The position numbers and the translations under genes are program-made. Positions 31,779 to 41,394 of a stretch of 64,000 nucleotides of DNA are shown here, piece after piece. The stretch spans positions 1-64,000 of the forward strand of contig BCKZ01000034.1 in NCBI GenBank assembly GCA_001600815.1, written 5' to 3'. The stretch is from Alloascoidea hylecoeti (lineage: Eukaryota). Positions within the stretch are counted from its first letter, which is position 1, and every line of letters starts with the position of its first letter. The notes under the pieces are model-generated. The model was given only the letters and a program-made list of their open reading frames with translations, made no database searches and was not told the DNA's origin.

Positions 31779-34223
31779 TTATAATGGACTGGTGGCACCA
31801 GTGCTTCTTTGAACCCGTCTTCTTTTATTTATACTACTACTTTTCTCTTTTGTAGGTGGATCATCATAATTATGTTTTAATAACGAAAAACTTCTCTTCG
31901 TGTTAGGAGTGGGTCCGGTTTTTTCAAGTAATAACAAATCTCGCATTTTAAGCTCTTCTAGAGTTTGTGTTACTATAAGTAATTGCCGACTTCTAGGAGT
32001 TAATGAAAGATTTGAACAAGGGGGGAATGTATTTAACTTAAATCCCATAAATTCAGATTTTGCAGGATCAAAAAATATGTTAATTAAATCACCTTCTTCC
32101 AGCAGACACTTTTTTCCCTTTCCGATTGTTTGATTATTTACTGAGCATCCATTCATACTGTAATCAAGCAGCCAAATTCTGGCGTCATCACTGTTTGCAG
32201 AATGCAACATCAAATTGCAATGACACTTTGATATTCTTGGGTCAGAAATTTTCTCATCGCAATCTGGATGGCGGCCGAGGAAGAATGGCTCATCAAAATT
32301 ATGAACTCCACGACCGATATATATGGTTCTCCATGGAATACTTTTAGAGAGTGTTGTTAGAGTTGCCCATGTTCCAGGTGGCGTATCATTAGAGTCCAGA
32401 TCATCTAGATCACGTAGGCCAACGCCAACAACAGATCTAGAGTTCTGTGATATGATAGCATTTGGCACCTCTATCATCTCAGCTGTTTCTGATTTATTAG
32501 AGATTTCCCCATGTTCAATCACACTATTTTCATTTTCAATTAATTGTTCAGGCTCTTTACCCAATTGACTTTGTTGTCGCTGTGAACATGTTAATTCGGC
32601 CGCTTTAACCACCTCTTCATTGTCAACATCCGAACAATCAGAAATATTGTTTTGGTGTTGTGCAGAATCTTCTACTATTTCGTTAGAATGGGGTTGATCC
32701 TCCTCTTCATCGTTGTTCTGGGGCAATTTTTTGGGTATCGGAACTTTAAATCCTTCATCATCGATATCCATTTGTTGAGGCTGTGATGGATCTTCAGGTT
32801 GAGTTTCTAAATCCCTTAACCAATGAGATTTCAAAGCCTCACTAGCAGTTGGTCTATCATTAGGATTTACTTGTAGTAAGCTTTCGACAAACTGTTGACC
32901 TTCTTCACTAACACCTGCATCCAATAACGGTTGTACTGGATACAATCCAGCAATAATCTGTTTAAATAATTGTTCTTGGGTATTCCCGGCAAATGGATAA
33001 TTTGCGGTTAGAATAACATAGACCAAACATCCAAGAGACCACATATCTACGAGGCTTGAATAAGTAGAAGCTGTTTTTGGTTTTGAAGAGTGAAACCCCT
33101 TTTTACCAGATATGACTTCAGGAGCGACATAAGCAAGAGTTCCACAGAAGGTTTTCATAACAGTAGCTGCATCAGAAATCTTAGCTAGGCCAAAATCGGT
33201 AATTTTTATTTTAACAGGGCTATCATTTGCTATTAAGATGTTATCTGGTTTTAAATCTCGGTGACTTATTCCGATACCATGACAATATTCAACAGCCTCA
33301 AGGATTTGTTTTGCAATGTCTTTTGCAGCATCTTCGCCAATTGCACCATTTTCTGTTACAAAATCCATTAGATCTCCGCCTGGAACATAATCCATAACCA
33401 AATAGTAGTATTGAAGATCTTCGTAAAAGCCTTTCAATTGGACGACATTTTCATGGCTGATTCTTCTTAATATAGACAGTTCTCTAGATATACCACCAAT
33501 ATTTACGACTTTGCGTTTAGAAATAATTTTAACAGCATACGTTATCCCTGTAGATCTTTCGATTGCCTTCTTTACAGTGGCGAAGGCACCCTGTCCGACG
33601 ACCTCACCTCTTATATCATAAATGGCATGAATTCCTTCATGAAGATTTTTGTTAGAGGAAAGGGTGGTGGAAGCGAAGGAGGAAGTTACAGAGGATATTT
33701 CCTCATTTTTCGGAAAAACTATGATAAATCTTATCTCATCTTGTTTGACACCAACACCAACGGCAATCTCATCGCCTTGACAAAGAATATAATTTTGTAG
33801 TTTTTGCAGATGGGAGTTATTAACAAAAGTACCATTTGTAGAGGAATCTTGTATCAAAGCATTTCCAGAACCGTCTTTAGCGAGCCAAATTCTGAAGTGT
33901 TTATTACTCAGTCTCGCAGTGCTGCTAAGAATGAAATCGCATTTTCTGTTTCTCCCAAACCACCATTCATCCTTTTCCCATTTTGAGGAAGCCGTGGTGT
34001 CAGTATTTCTGCGAGTCCTTAGTTCTATCATCTGATGTCTTGTCTCCGATGGGGTCTCGGAGGACCCGTGAGATCCAGGGGATTTGGAAGAAATTTCAGG
34101 GAGGTTGTTTGTGGTGCAGATCAGGGAACATATTAGAATTGTATCATTTTCACCTAAGTTTCCATTCGGCTGTATATTCTGGGGCTGAGACTGAGTGAAG
34201 GGTTGTGTAGGGACGTCTTCCAT
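31779..34223 (-). CDS. RAD53: Checkpoint kinase with FHA1-kinase-FHA2 layout
   Basis: N-terminal TQ/SQ cluster, FHA1 (FGR..SNKH..STNGT), GQGAFA, HRDLKPDN, TFCGT, FHA2 (LGR..ISKCH..SMNG). Confidence 0.93.
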   Translation of the reverse strand: MEDVPTQPFTQSQPQNIQPNGNLGENDTILICSLICTTNNLPEISSKSPGSHGSSETPSETRHQMIELRTRRNTDTTASSKWEKDEWWFGRNRKCDFILSSTARLSNKHFRIWLAKDGSGNALIQDSSTNGTFVNNSHLQKLQNYILCQGDEIAVGVGVKQDEIRFIIVFPKNEEISSVTSSFASTTLSSNKNLHEGIHAIYDIRGEVVGQGAFATVKKAIERSTGITYAVKIISKRKVVNIGGISRELSILRRISHENVVQLKGFYEDLQYYYLVMDYVPGGDLMDFVTENGAIGEDAAKDIAKQILEAVEYCHGIGISHRDLKPDNILIANDSPVKIKITDFGLAKISDAATVMKTFCGTLAYVAPEVISGKKGFHSSKPKTASTYSSLVDMWSLGCLVYVILTANYPFAGNTQEQLFKQIIAGLYPVQPLLDAGVSEEGQQFVESLLQVNPNDRPTASEALKSHWLRDLETQPEDPSQPQQMDIDDEGFKVPIPKKLPQNNDEEEDQPHSNEIVEDSAQHQNNISDCSDVDNEEVVKAAELTCSQRQQSQLGKEPEQLIENENSVIEHGEISNKSETAEMIEVPNAIISQNSRSVVGVGLRDLDDLDSNDTPPGTWATLTTLSKSIPWRTIYIGRGVHNFDEPFFLGRHPDCDEKISDPRISKCHCNLMLHSANSDDARIWLLDYSMNGCSVNNQTIGKGKKCLLEEGDLINIFFDPAKSEFMGFKLNTFPPCSNLSLTPRSRQLLIVTQTLEELKMRDLLLLEKTGPTPNTKRSFSLLKHNYDDPPTKEKSSSINKRRRVQRSTGATSPL

Positions 34224-34538
34224 TGTAGAGGGGTAATTCTGGTGAAGCTCACAAACTGGGAGTTTTATAAAAATGTTTTGTTTACTCCTCGTGTTGGAAG
34301 ATGGATGGGTGTATTCTTTACAATTATTATAAGCTTTAGATTACAAAAAATAAGGGAGGATCGCACAGGGAGCCGCAGGAATTTCGCAGGAATTTCTAAT
34401 TTCTAATTTCTAATTTCCAATTTCCAGTCAATTTATGATTATGTTTCTAATTATCTCGCACGGGGCTCATCTCAGTTTAAATTTGGTATAAAACTTTGCG
34501 TGAAGTGTTCTTCTTCATCCCCAACGACAATAGTAATC

Positions 34539-36683
34539 ATGAGAATGCGAATGCTGCACTCGGCTTTTAAACATTTGTCTTCCGCCTGTTCTGTAATAGT
34601 CAAACCAAAAGGATCTTTCGGCGCAAAATCACATTTGGTTTTCGTTTATCTTTTTCTATATTTTGTTATTGCACTTTTGATTATCACTTATTTATCTTTA
34701 AACTCTTCGATATTTGGTCACGTCTATAATATAGTAGATTTACAGCATCAAAACTCCAGTACCAGTGAACAATATATGAATTTATTTGATCACCCCGAGT
34801 ATGCCTCTCATATATATCTATCATATCTACAATCCTTAACTCCTCAGATCTCATCCCAGTACTATAGCGATAATATTACTACAACAGGTAAAGGTAGTGT
34901 GAAATTTAAAGGGTTGGTTGAATCTCACCAAGCACCTTTTCATTGGGTCTACCTGGCAGATTTATCTTCACTAAAACAGTTAATAGAAGAACAAAACTCC
35001 AGAAAAACTAAAAGTTCTACTAACAGGCTGAAACAAATTGTAAAAAGTTCTCTTCTAAAGAAGATTTTTGAACCCATTCAAAAACAAAATAAAAAGAATA
35101 AAGACATGGACATGGACATGGACATGGTGGAAAATGACGAAGATTTAGATTTCCGAAATATTAAGGAATATCCTAAAGCTCTTGCTATTCAATCGGACCA
35201 TACATTGATGAAAACTATGACAGGAAGTATCTTTTTATATAATAGTGAACCTCCAGAGAGGCTTATATTCTTGAAAGATGACTATAACCTACAAATTCGG
35301 GTTAGCGGGAAGGCACAACATAATGATGAATTTGATGTATTCTATAGAGAACAATATATTAAGAATGTTAAAAGATCATCGGCGGTTTATAACTATGATG
35401 ACTCATGGGAAGATGAAAGCGAGCAGGTGAAACAAAGTTCACAACAATTATTAGAAGGCATTATTGGACAAACTAAAATGGATCCGAAGACAGAAAACGG
35501 GTATGATCCTAGAGTCAGTTTGTCGTTGGAATTATCAAAAGAAGACTTTAAGTTTGACTTGGACGAAACTATAAATTTGGTAGGAAAAGAAGACGATGAG
35601 AATTGCAGAAAGCACTATAAAATGTTAAAAACGTATAAACCGTTAATAAGAAAAATGGATAAATATTTCCATGAGATTTCGAAGTTAATTGAGGATGGAG
35701 GGAAAACAGGACATCACTACGATTGGAGGTTTTTCGACCACTTACTTAGCTATGAGGAAAGGAAGACGAGTATACATCATTTGTTTAAAGCATGGCTCCG
35801 GTTCACAAAAAACGAAAGCGTGAGAACGTGGATTGCGCATGGATCTCTACTCGGATGGTGGTGGAATGGAATTAGTATGCCGTGGGATCAGGATGGAGAT
35901 GTTCAAATGCCAATCAAACACTTGGAATACTTGGCAGCCAATTTCAACGACTCGGTTATTTTCGAGGACCCACAAGAGGGGATGGGGAAGTATTATTTCG
36001 AGGTGAATCCGATGTACATCCAGAGAACAAGAGGAAACGGGAAGAACCTGATCGATGCGCGTTTTATCGACGTTGAAACGGGACTGTACATTGACATCAC
36101 TGGGCTGGCGGTTACGGACATGCAACACAAGAAGGCCACCGAGCTGGCGAAGGATACCGAGCTGGACGAGATTTTCAACTGCAAAAACAGGCATTTCTAC
36201 CGGATGAGCGACATTTCACCAGTGGCCGGAACCGGATTCGAGGGGAGCCTCGCGTTCGTGCCTAACGAAGTGGAGGCTGTTCTGCAGGAGGAGTACAAAA
36301 GAGGACTTCTCAACAGAGAGTTCCGGGCCTTCAAGTTCGTCGAGGAGGCGCGACTGTGGCTGACCGGAAACGATCGGCGCTGTTTTGTGGAGACGGAGCC
36401 GGTCCAGCTGGACCAGCCGGGCCAGCCGGGCCAGCCGGACCCGTGGGACAAGCGGTACGCACGTGCGCTGCGGGCGCCCCCGCGCAGCGAGTCACGTGGC
36501 GAGTCACGTGGCGAGTCACGTGGCGAGTGTGCGGCTGCGCTTTTGGAGGTGGGAAAAACTCAGAACTCAACTTTGGAACATTACAGAGAAATGGCGGCGC
36601 GCGAACGGCTGGAAAGGCTAACCCTATTAGAGTTCCGGGGTCTGACGCGTGCTCCCTATCGGAAAAACCCAATTCAGGATTAA
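34539..36683 (+). CDS. MNN4: LicD/fukutin-family type II membrane protein (Mnn4/Mnn14-like), paralog 1
   Basis: N-terminal TM segment; HYDWRFF, WIAHGSLLGWWWNG..PWDQDGDVQMP, IDARFIDVETGLYIDITGL, NCKNRH. Confidence 0.82.
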   Translation: MRMRMLHSAFKHLSSACSVIVKPKGSFGAKSHLVFVYLFLYFVIALLIITYLSLNSSIFGHVYNIVDLQHQNSSTSEQYMNLFDHPEYASHIYLSYLQSLTPQISSQYYSDNITTTGKGSVKFKGLVESHQAPFHWVYLADLSSLKQLIEEQNSRKTKSSTNRLKQIVKSSLLKKIFEPIQKQNKKNKDMDMDMDMVENDEDLDFRNIKEYPKALAIQSDHTLMKTMTGSIFLYNSEPPERLIFLKDDYNLQIRVSGKAQHNDEFDVFYREQYIKNVKRSSAVYNYDDSWEDESEQVKQSSQQLLEGIIGQTKMDPKTENGYDPRVSLSLELSKEDFKFDLDETINLVGKEDDENCRKHYKMLKTYKPLIRKMDKYFHEISKLIEDGGKTGHHYDWRFFDHLLSYEERKTSIHHLFKAWLRFTKNESVRTWIAHGSLLGWWWNGISMPWDQDGDVQMPIKHLEYLAANFNDSVIFEDPQEGMGKYYFEVNPMYIQRTRGNGKNLIDARFIDVETGLYIDITGLAVTDMQHKKATELAKDTELDEIFNCKNRHFYRMSDISPVAGTGFEGSLAFVPNEVEAVLQEEYKRGLLNREFRAFKFVEEARLWLTGNDRRCFVETEPVQLDQPGQPGQPDPWDKRYARALRAPPRSESRGESRGESRGECAAALLEVGKTQNSTLEHYREMAARERLERLTLLEFRGLTRAPYRKNPIQD
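36487..36528 (+). repeat. 3.5 x 12-bp tandem repeat GCGAGTCACGTG inside the CDS
   Basis: Exact units at 36487, 36499 and 36511, partial at 36523; encodes ESRG repeats. Confidence 0.95.
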
Positions 36684-36714
36684 TTGTAGATTTGTCTGGA
36701 TTTATTAAACTTCT

Positions 36715-36785
36715 CATATTCATTTATATTATATTTATATTATATTTATATTATATTTACATTTATATTTATATTTATATTTAGA
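36715..36785. repeat. (TATATT)n-like AT microsatellite
   Basis: Directly visible. Confidence 0.85.
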
Positions 36786-36884
36786 TTAATATGTATTTCG
36801 AATTTAAGTATTTCATCCCAAGCATAACACTTTAGTACGTATGTTTTCCAACCTCCTTTTAATTTCTTTCTTCTCCAAACAAAC

Positions 36885-38762
36885 ATGAAACTCCTCTTCA
36901 CCAACAAAATACGGAGACGGCTTCTTCCTTCCTTCGGGCTTCTGTTAATCCTGTCCCTCATATTCACTCTCATCCCACGACAGGATTCCTACTCCGGATC
37001 TACTTATTCGTTGTCTTCCCTCTTCCATGGTGACTTCATCTCAACCTATTCTAGACCTGAAATTCGCCCCACCATATTCCTAAAATACATAAACTCACTG
37101 CCTCAGGACGCCCCTTTATCCGTCCCTTTTCATTGGTCATATCTTGCTGACCTTAGGAACTTAAGACCTCTCATACTAAATGCTCTTCCAACTACCTCTC
37201 AAAATAGTTGGCAAAAGTTTTACTACTCTTATTTGTCCAGAGAATATCGAGACATCTATAAAAAGTTCCCCGACTTTACCAAAATTACCAGCTTCCCATT
37301 GTCAATAGCAGTCCAGCATGCCCACACTCTCATCAAGTCTGTCATTGGTAACATGTTTCTATACAACACCTTACCCCCAAGACAACTCATCTTTTTGTCA
37401 AATGACAAAGATATTATTATTCCGGTTTCCGAAAAATCAAAGAAAAACGACTCTTTCGATATCTATTTCGCAACTCAATTTAACGAATTCACATCTGCCC
37501 ATACCAATGATATCCTCTCTATGAATACTCAATTATTGTCTTCTATAATCGACAAAAATCACATCTCCCAATCTGAGCTCACGAAAAATTTGCATTACGA
37601 GTCTCGTAATTCACAATCAAATACCTTGTCAAAAAAAGACTTTCTATATAACCTTGATCAAATAAAGGATTCTTTGCAACAGAAAAATTCCATAACTTCC
37701 GCTGAACAAGGTTATCTTGAGCTTATAAATTATTATAAACCTAAGATAGAAACTTCTGGAAAACATTTCCATGAAATTAGTCGCTTAATTGAAGATAAAT
37801 TTAAAACTGGTCAACATTATGATTGGAGATTCTTTAACGGTTTACTTACTTTCGATCAGCGCGGTGCTGCAATTCATCATTTATTTAAAGCTTGGTTAAA
37901 ATTCACAAATAATGAACACGTTACTACTTGGATTGCTCATGGTACTTTATTAGGCTGGTATTGGAATGGTTTCACAATGCTTTGGGACAAAGATGGTGAT
38001 GTTCAAATGCCTATAACCCATTTGGAATATATGGCCGTAAACTTTAATGATTCTATAATATTCGAAGATCCACAAGATGGAAATGGCAAATATTATTTTG
38101 AAGTTAATCCAATGTTTATTCAAAGAACTTTTGGGAATGGTAAAAACTTTATTGATGCTCGTTTCATAGATATTGATACTGGTTTATATATCGATATTAC
38201 TGGTTTAACTCTAACAAATTCTGATGATGCCAATGCAGAAGCTGTCACTTATAATTGTAAAAATAATCATTACTACCAATTTAGATCAATTTCTCCCCTT
38301 TATAAAACCTCTTTTGAAGGAACCATTGCATATGTACCCCGTGATTTTGAAGGTCATTTAAACTCAGAGTATAAAAAGGATCCTTTAACAACCGTTGATT
38401 TTCAACAATATCATTATAACTCTGATTTAAGAATATGGGTTAATGATAAAATGTTGAGTAGATGTTTTTCAAAATTATCTGGCAAAATATTTAATAAAAT
38501 CTCTCCCAATAAAAAAAATTGGGATCTAGGTGAACTCATCAACACTGAAGAATATACAAATCAATATACTCAACAACTTGCAGGAATAAAAAAATGTACT
38601 GATGTTCTAGAAGAGTTCAAATTATCTGAAAATTATACTGAAAATCATTATCAATTTATGTCAGCTTGGAAACAGAATCCAGATGATAGGGATATTTTGG
38701 ATCAAATAGCTTTAAGAGGCATTGGAAAAATGAGAGCAAACGCATTTGAATTTACTTCTTAA
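36885..38762 (+). CDS. MNN4: LicD/fukutin-family protein (Mnn4/Mnn14-like), paralog 2
   Basis: Same motifs as the upstream paralog (PFHWSYLADL, HYDWRFF, WIAHGTLLGWYWNG, IDARFIDIDTGLYIDITGL). Confidence 0.82.
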   Translation: MKLLFTNKIRRRLLPSFGLLLILSLIFTLIPRQDSYSGSTYSLSSLFHGDFISTYSRPEIRPTIFLKYINSLPQDAPLSVPFHWSYLADLRNLRPLILNALPTTSQNSWQKFYYSYLSREYRDIYKKFPDFTKITSFPLSIAVQHAHTLIKSVIGNMFLYNTLPPRQLIFLSNDKDIIIPVSEKSKKNDSFDIYFATQFNEFTSAHTNDILSMNTQLLSSIIDKNHISQSELTKNLHYESRNSQSNTLSKKDFLYNLDQIKDSLQQKNSITSAEQGYLELINYYKPKIETSGKHFHEISRLIEDKFKTGQHYDWRFFNGLLTFDQRGAAIHHLFKAWLKFTNNEHVTTWIAHGTLLGWYWNGFTMLWDKDGDVQMPITHLEYMAVNFNDSIIFEDPQDGNGKYYFEVNPMFIQRTFGNGKNFIDARFIDIDTGLYIDITGLTLTNSDDANAEAVTYNCKNNHYYQFRSISPLYKTSFEGTIAYVPRDFEGHLNSEYKKDPLTTVDFQQYHYNSDLRIWVNDKMLSRCFSKLSGKIFNKISPNKKNWDLGELINTEEYTNQYTQQLAGIKKCTDVLEEFKLSENYTENHYQFMSAWKQNPDDRDILDQIALRGIGKMRANAFEFTS

Positions 38763-38956
38763 TTTGGCTATATATATATAAAAAGACTTATTATACATTC
38801 ACTCGTTTATATAAACATCTATATATCATATTCATATTCACATTTATACCTCACTAACATAACATATAACCTTAATATATCAATCAGGGCCCCAATATTT
38901 TATATGCATCAAAGACCTTTAAAAACACACTGGATTTCATTGTATAATAATTCGTA

Positions 38957-39101
38957 CGGTATATTATATTGAACTTTGCAGCATAATTAATTGGTATATT
39001 GTTATTTCTTCTCATATGTAACATGGATTGTTGGCAACATAGTAACTAACACAGTCTTGTATATAATCCAACTGCACTGTGCTGCAAACTTCAATATACT
39101 A
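38957..39101. mobile_element. Candidate short MITE / inverted-repeat element
   Basis: TATATTGAACTTTGCAGCA (38965-38983) versus TGCTGCAAACTTCAATATA (39080-39098): 18/19 inverted match. Confidence 0.5.
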
Positions 39102-39460
39102 TTATTATTACACGCACTTATAACTAATCACGGGTGGTGATAAGATTATACTGACACACTCATTTAGTCACATTATAATTAATATAGTAAGTGATATAAT
39201 CTTTAAGATTAACTGTATTATATAAATTTATATAAAGAATGGAAATATCTTCATTTTAATATCATAATAATAACAAATTACAAATCTCGAAATCATAACA
39301 TCTACGTATAATATATATATATAAGGTTTATTAATATATAATTTATTCAAAAGTAAAATGCTGAATAAATGTTTTAAAAATGTTTTAAGCTAGCTTTGCA
39401 AGTTAATTTAATCTTAAATCTTGTTTGGACTAACATCTTTATAATTTTGAAAAGGTTTTA

Positions 39461-39760
39461 AATGGATTTTCAGGAACCATTAAAGAAACAACAAGATATT
39501 GGGATTGCTGTGTGTGCCAACATGTGCCTGGAATGGTCATACGTTATGTATCTGTTACAAACCCAATTAAATCATGTAAAGCAGATGGGTGTAACGACAA
39601 TTGATGATAATACACGTGTATAGAGTGGTTGTGTCGATGGACCAGCTTATGTGCGTAATGATAACCAACCATGGGCATGTAATAAAACTTTTGCCTTTGG
39701 TGAAATTGCTGCGAATATTAATGGGTTGGTCCAAAACCAACCTACTGTTCTTTGTTGATT
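39461..39760 (+). pseudogene. Glycoside hydrolase family 45 endoglucanase pseudogene (N-terminal half)
   Basis: NGFSGTIKETTRYWDCC / PTCAWNG / VTNPIKSCKADG / V*SGCVDGPAYVRNDNQPWACNKTFAFGEIAANING; several frameshifts and one stop. Confidence 0.9.
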
Positions 39761-40339
39761 AAGTATTATTAAGAATTGTTGTTTCTTTTAATTTTAATTT
39801 TGGTTTCCGTTTCAGTTTTGCAGACGCTGTTGGAGCGGTTAAAGTAGAAGAAACATTTCTAATTCTTGGTTCACTCGAAATATGTTCGATTATTATTATT
39901 GTTATAATGAATTGGAGTTTTTGAATCTGAAAGTTTAATAATGACTGCTGTAGTAACATGATGTTACGCTTTAAATTTAGAAGTTGAAGATATTGAGATC
40001 TGAGGGGAAGGAGTTTTCAAATTCTGATTATTATTAGTTGTTGATACTTTATGAAATATGCAAAATTGAGTAAGCATATATTATTATTGATCCCTAAATA
40101 ACCTTATACTTGTTTTACCATAGTCTCTACTTACCGGGATGAGAAATCTAAAACCCCTCCAAAAAAAAAATCGATTTTTATAAACAGCCACTGAATACTC
40201 TACAAGGTTAATCTTTAACCGACTGTAGATACAGCTATTAATTTGTTTGCGATTGAGAAAATTTTATAGACTAACCATGTTATACCGGTAGGTAATATGC
40301 CAATAACAAGTTAAGATAATTGGAGACGGGTGTACATTT

Positions 40340-40790
40340 GTGTTCTTCAAATTAGCACTGTATAATTGATTTACTTATATGAAGGCTTAGAAGGGAAGTG
40401 CTATAACTACCACTAGGTAGCACAAGAGGATAACTAATTGAACACTAACAAGGATCAATAGCCTCTGATACAATACATTTGATAGAAATTATGGGCAGGT
40501 TTCAAATTTTGGTGAAATTATGAACCTAATAATTAATTATAACATTAGGAATATTAGTTAAAGGTATTAATCGATATCGTTATTGATATATATTACAGAT
40601 GGACTATCATACATTGAAATTGACGTACAATCACCGACTGATTTACTTGAAACAACGGAATAATTTGAATTGACGTATACGTAGGACAATAAGATGAATC
40701 TATAATTTAACTGATCAGACTGACGTCACCATTAATATTAGGTAAAAACCTGGCAACGTTCATCAGCAGATGGGTTGAGTAGATTGGACC
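40340..40790 (+). pseudogene. Highly decayed Ty3/gypsy RNase H fragment
   Basis: IR*KPGNVH/ADGLSRL at 40737-40786, preceded by NYNIR..VKGINRYRY; the order matches the gypsy RNase H C-terminus. Confidence 0.55.
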
Positions 40791-41225
40791 AGCTGTAAGT
40801 TGGATATTGAGCATTCTATTTAGAAGTTTTATATTGTGAAAACTTGTAGCAATCTTCAAATATCTTTCTTAAATCCTTATCTTTTCCACAAATTCCTGAC
40901 AGTAGTTACACAGTATAACTTATAATAATTAATCAAATCAAATAATAATTGGCTCAATATTTAAATATTGCGCACACTAATTATTAATATATTTAGCCTA
41001 TTAATGGAGTGTCACTTATATGCACGTGCACACGGCTTGGTATGAATTGAACAGATTTGAAGATCAAATGTCTTCTAGACACGAACAGTTCAAACTAGAT
41101 TTTAAAGTCGTATATTATCTTGAAAAGTCAATGTAAATTCATCGAGCCCGAGGGGTTGCAATTGTAGAAACGTATCCAATCGCAAGCTCAATTATTGTGC
41201 CATCTTGTTTCTCTTATCTCTAATC

Positions 41226-41232
41226 TCACGTG
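41226..41232. promoter_or_regulatory. Cbf1-type TCACGTG site upstream of the methionine-permease-like gene
   Basis: Motif ~165 bp upstream of the ATG; Cbf1/Met4 control of sulfur genes is established in yeasts. Confidence 0.45.
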
Positions 41233-41394
41233 TCTAGGGCTTTTTGATAACAAAAGGCCTCTATTTTATCAATAACAATGATATACTCTATATCTCAATC
41301 ATAAAATTGTAATTTCTCATTAATCTGCATTCTCAGGAACCTCGATTTTTTTATAAGCTTCTTGGAAGGTCTAATAACATTTACATTCACACAT

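Noticed and set aside
36331..36784. Collagen-like GPAGPA ORFs on both strands
   Set aside because: Alternative-frame readings of the 9-bp and 12-bp repeats inside the LicD gene.
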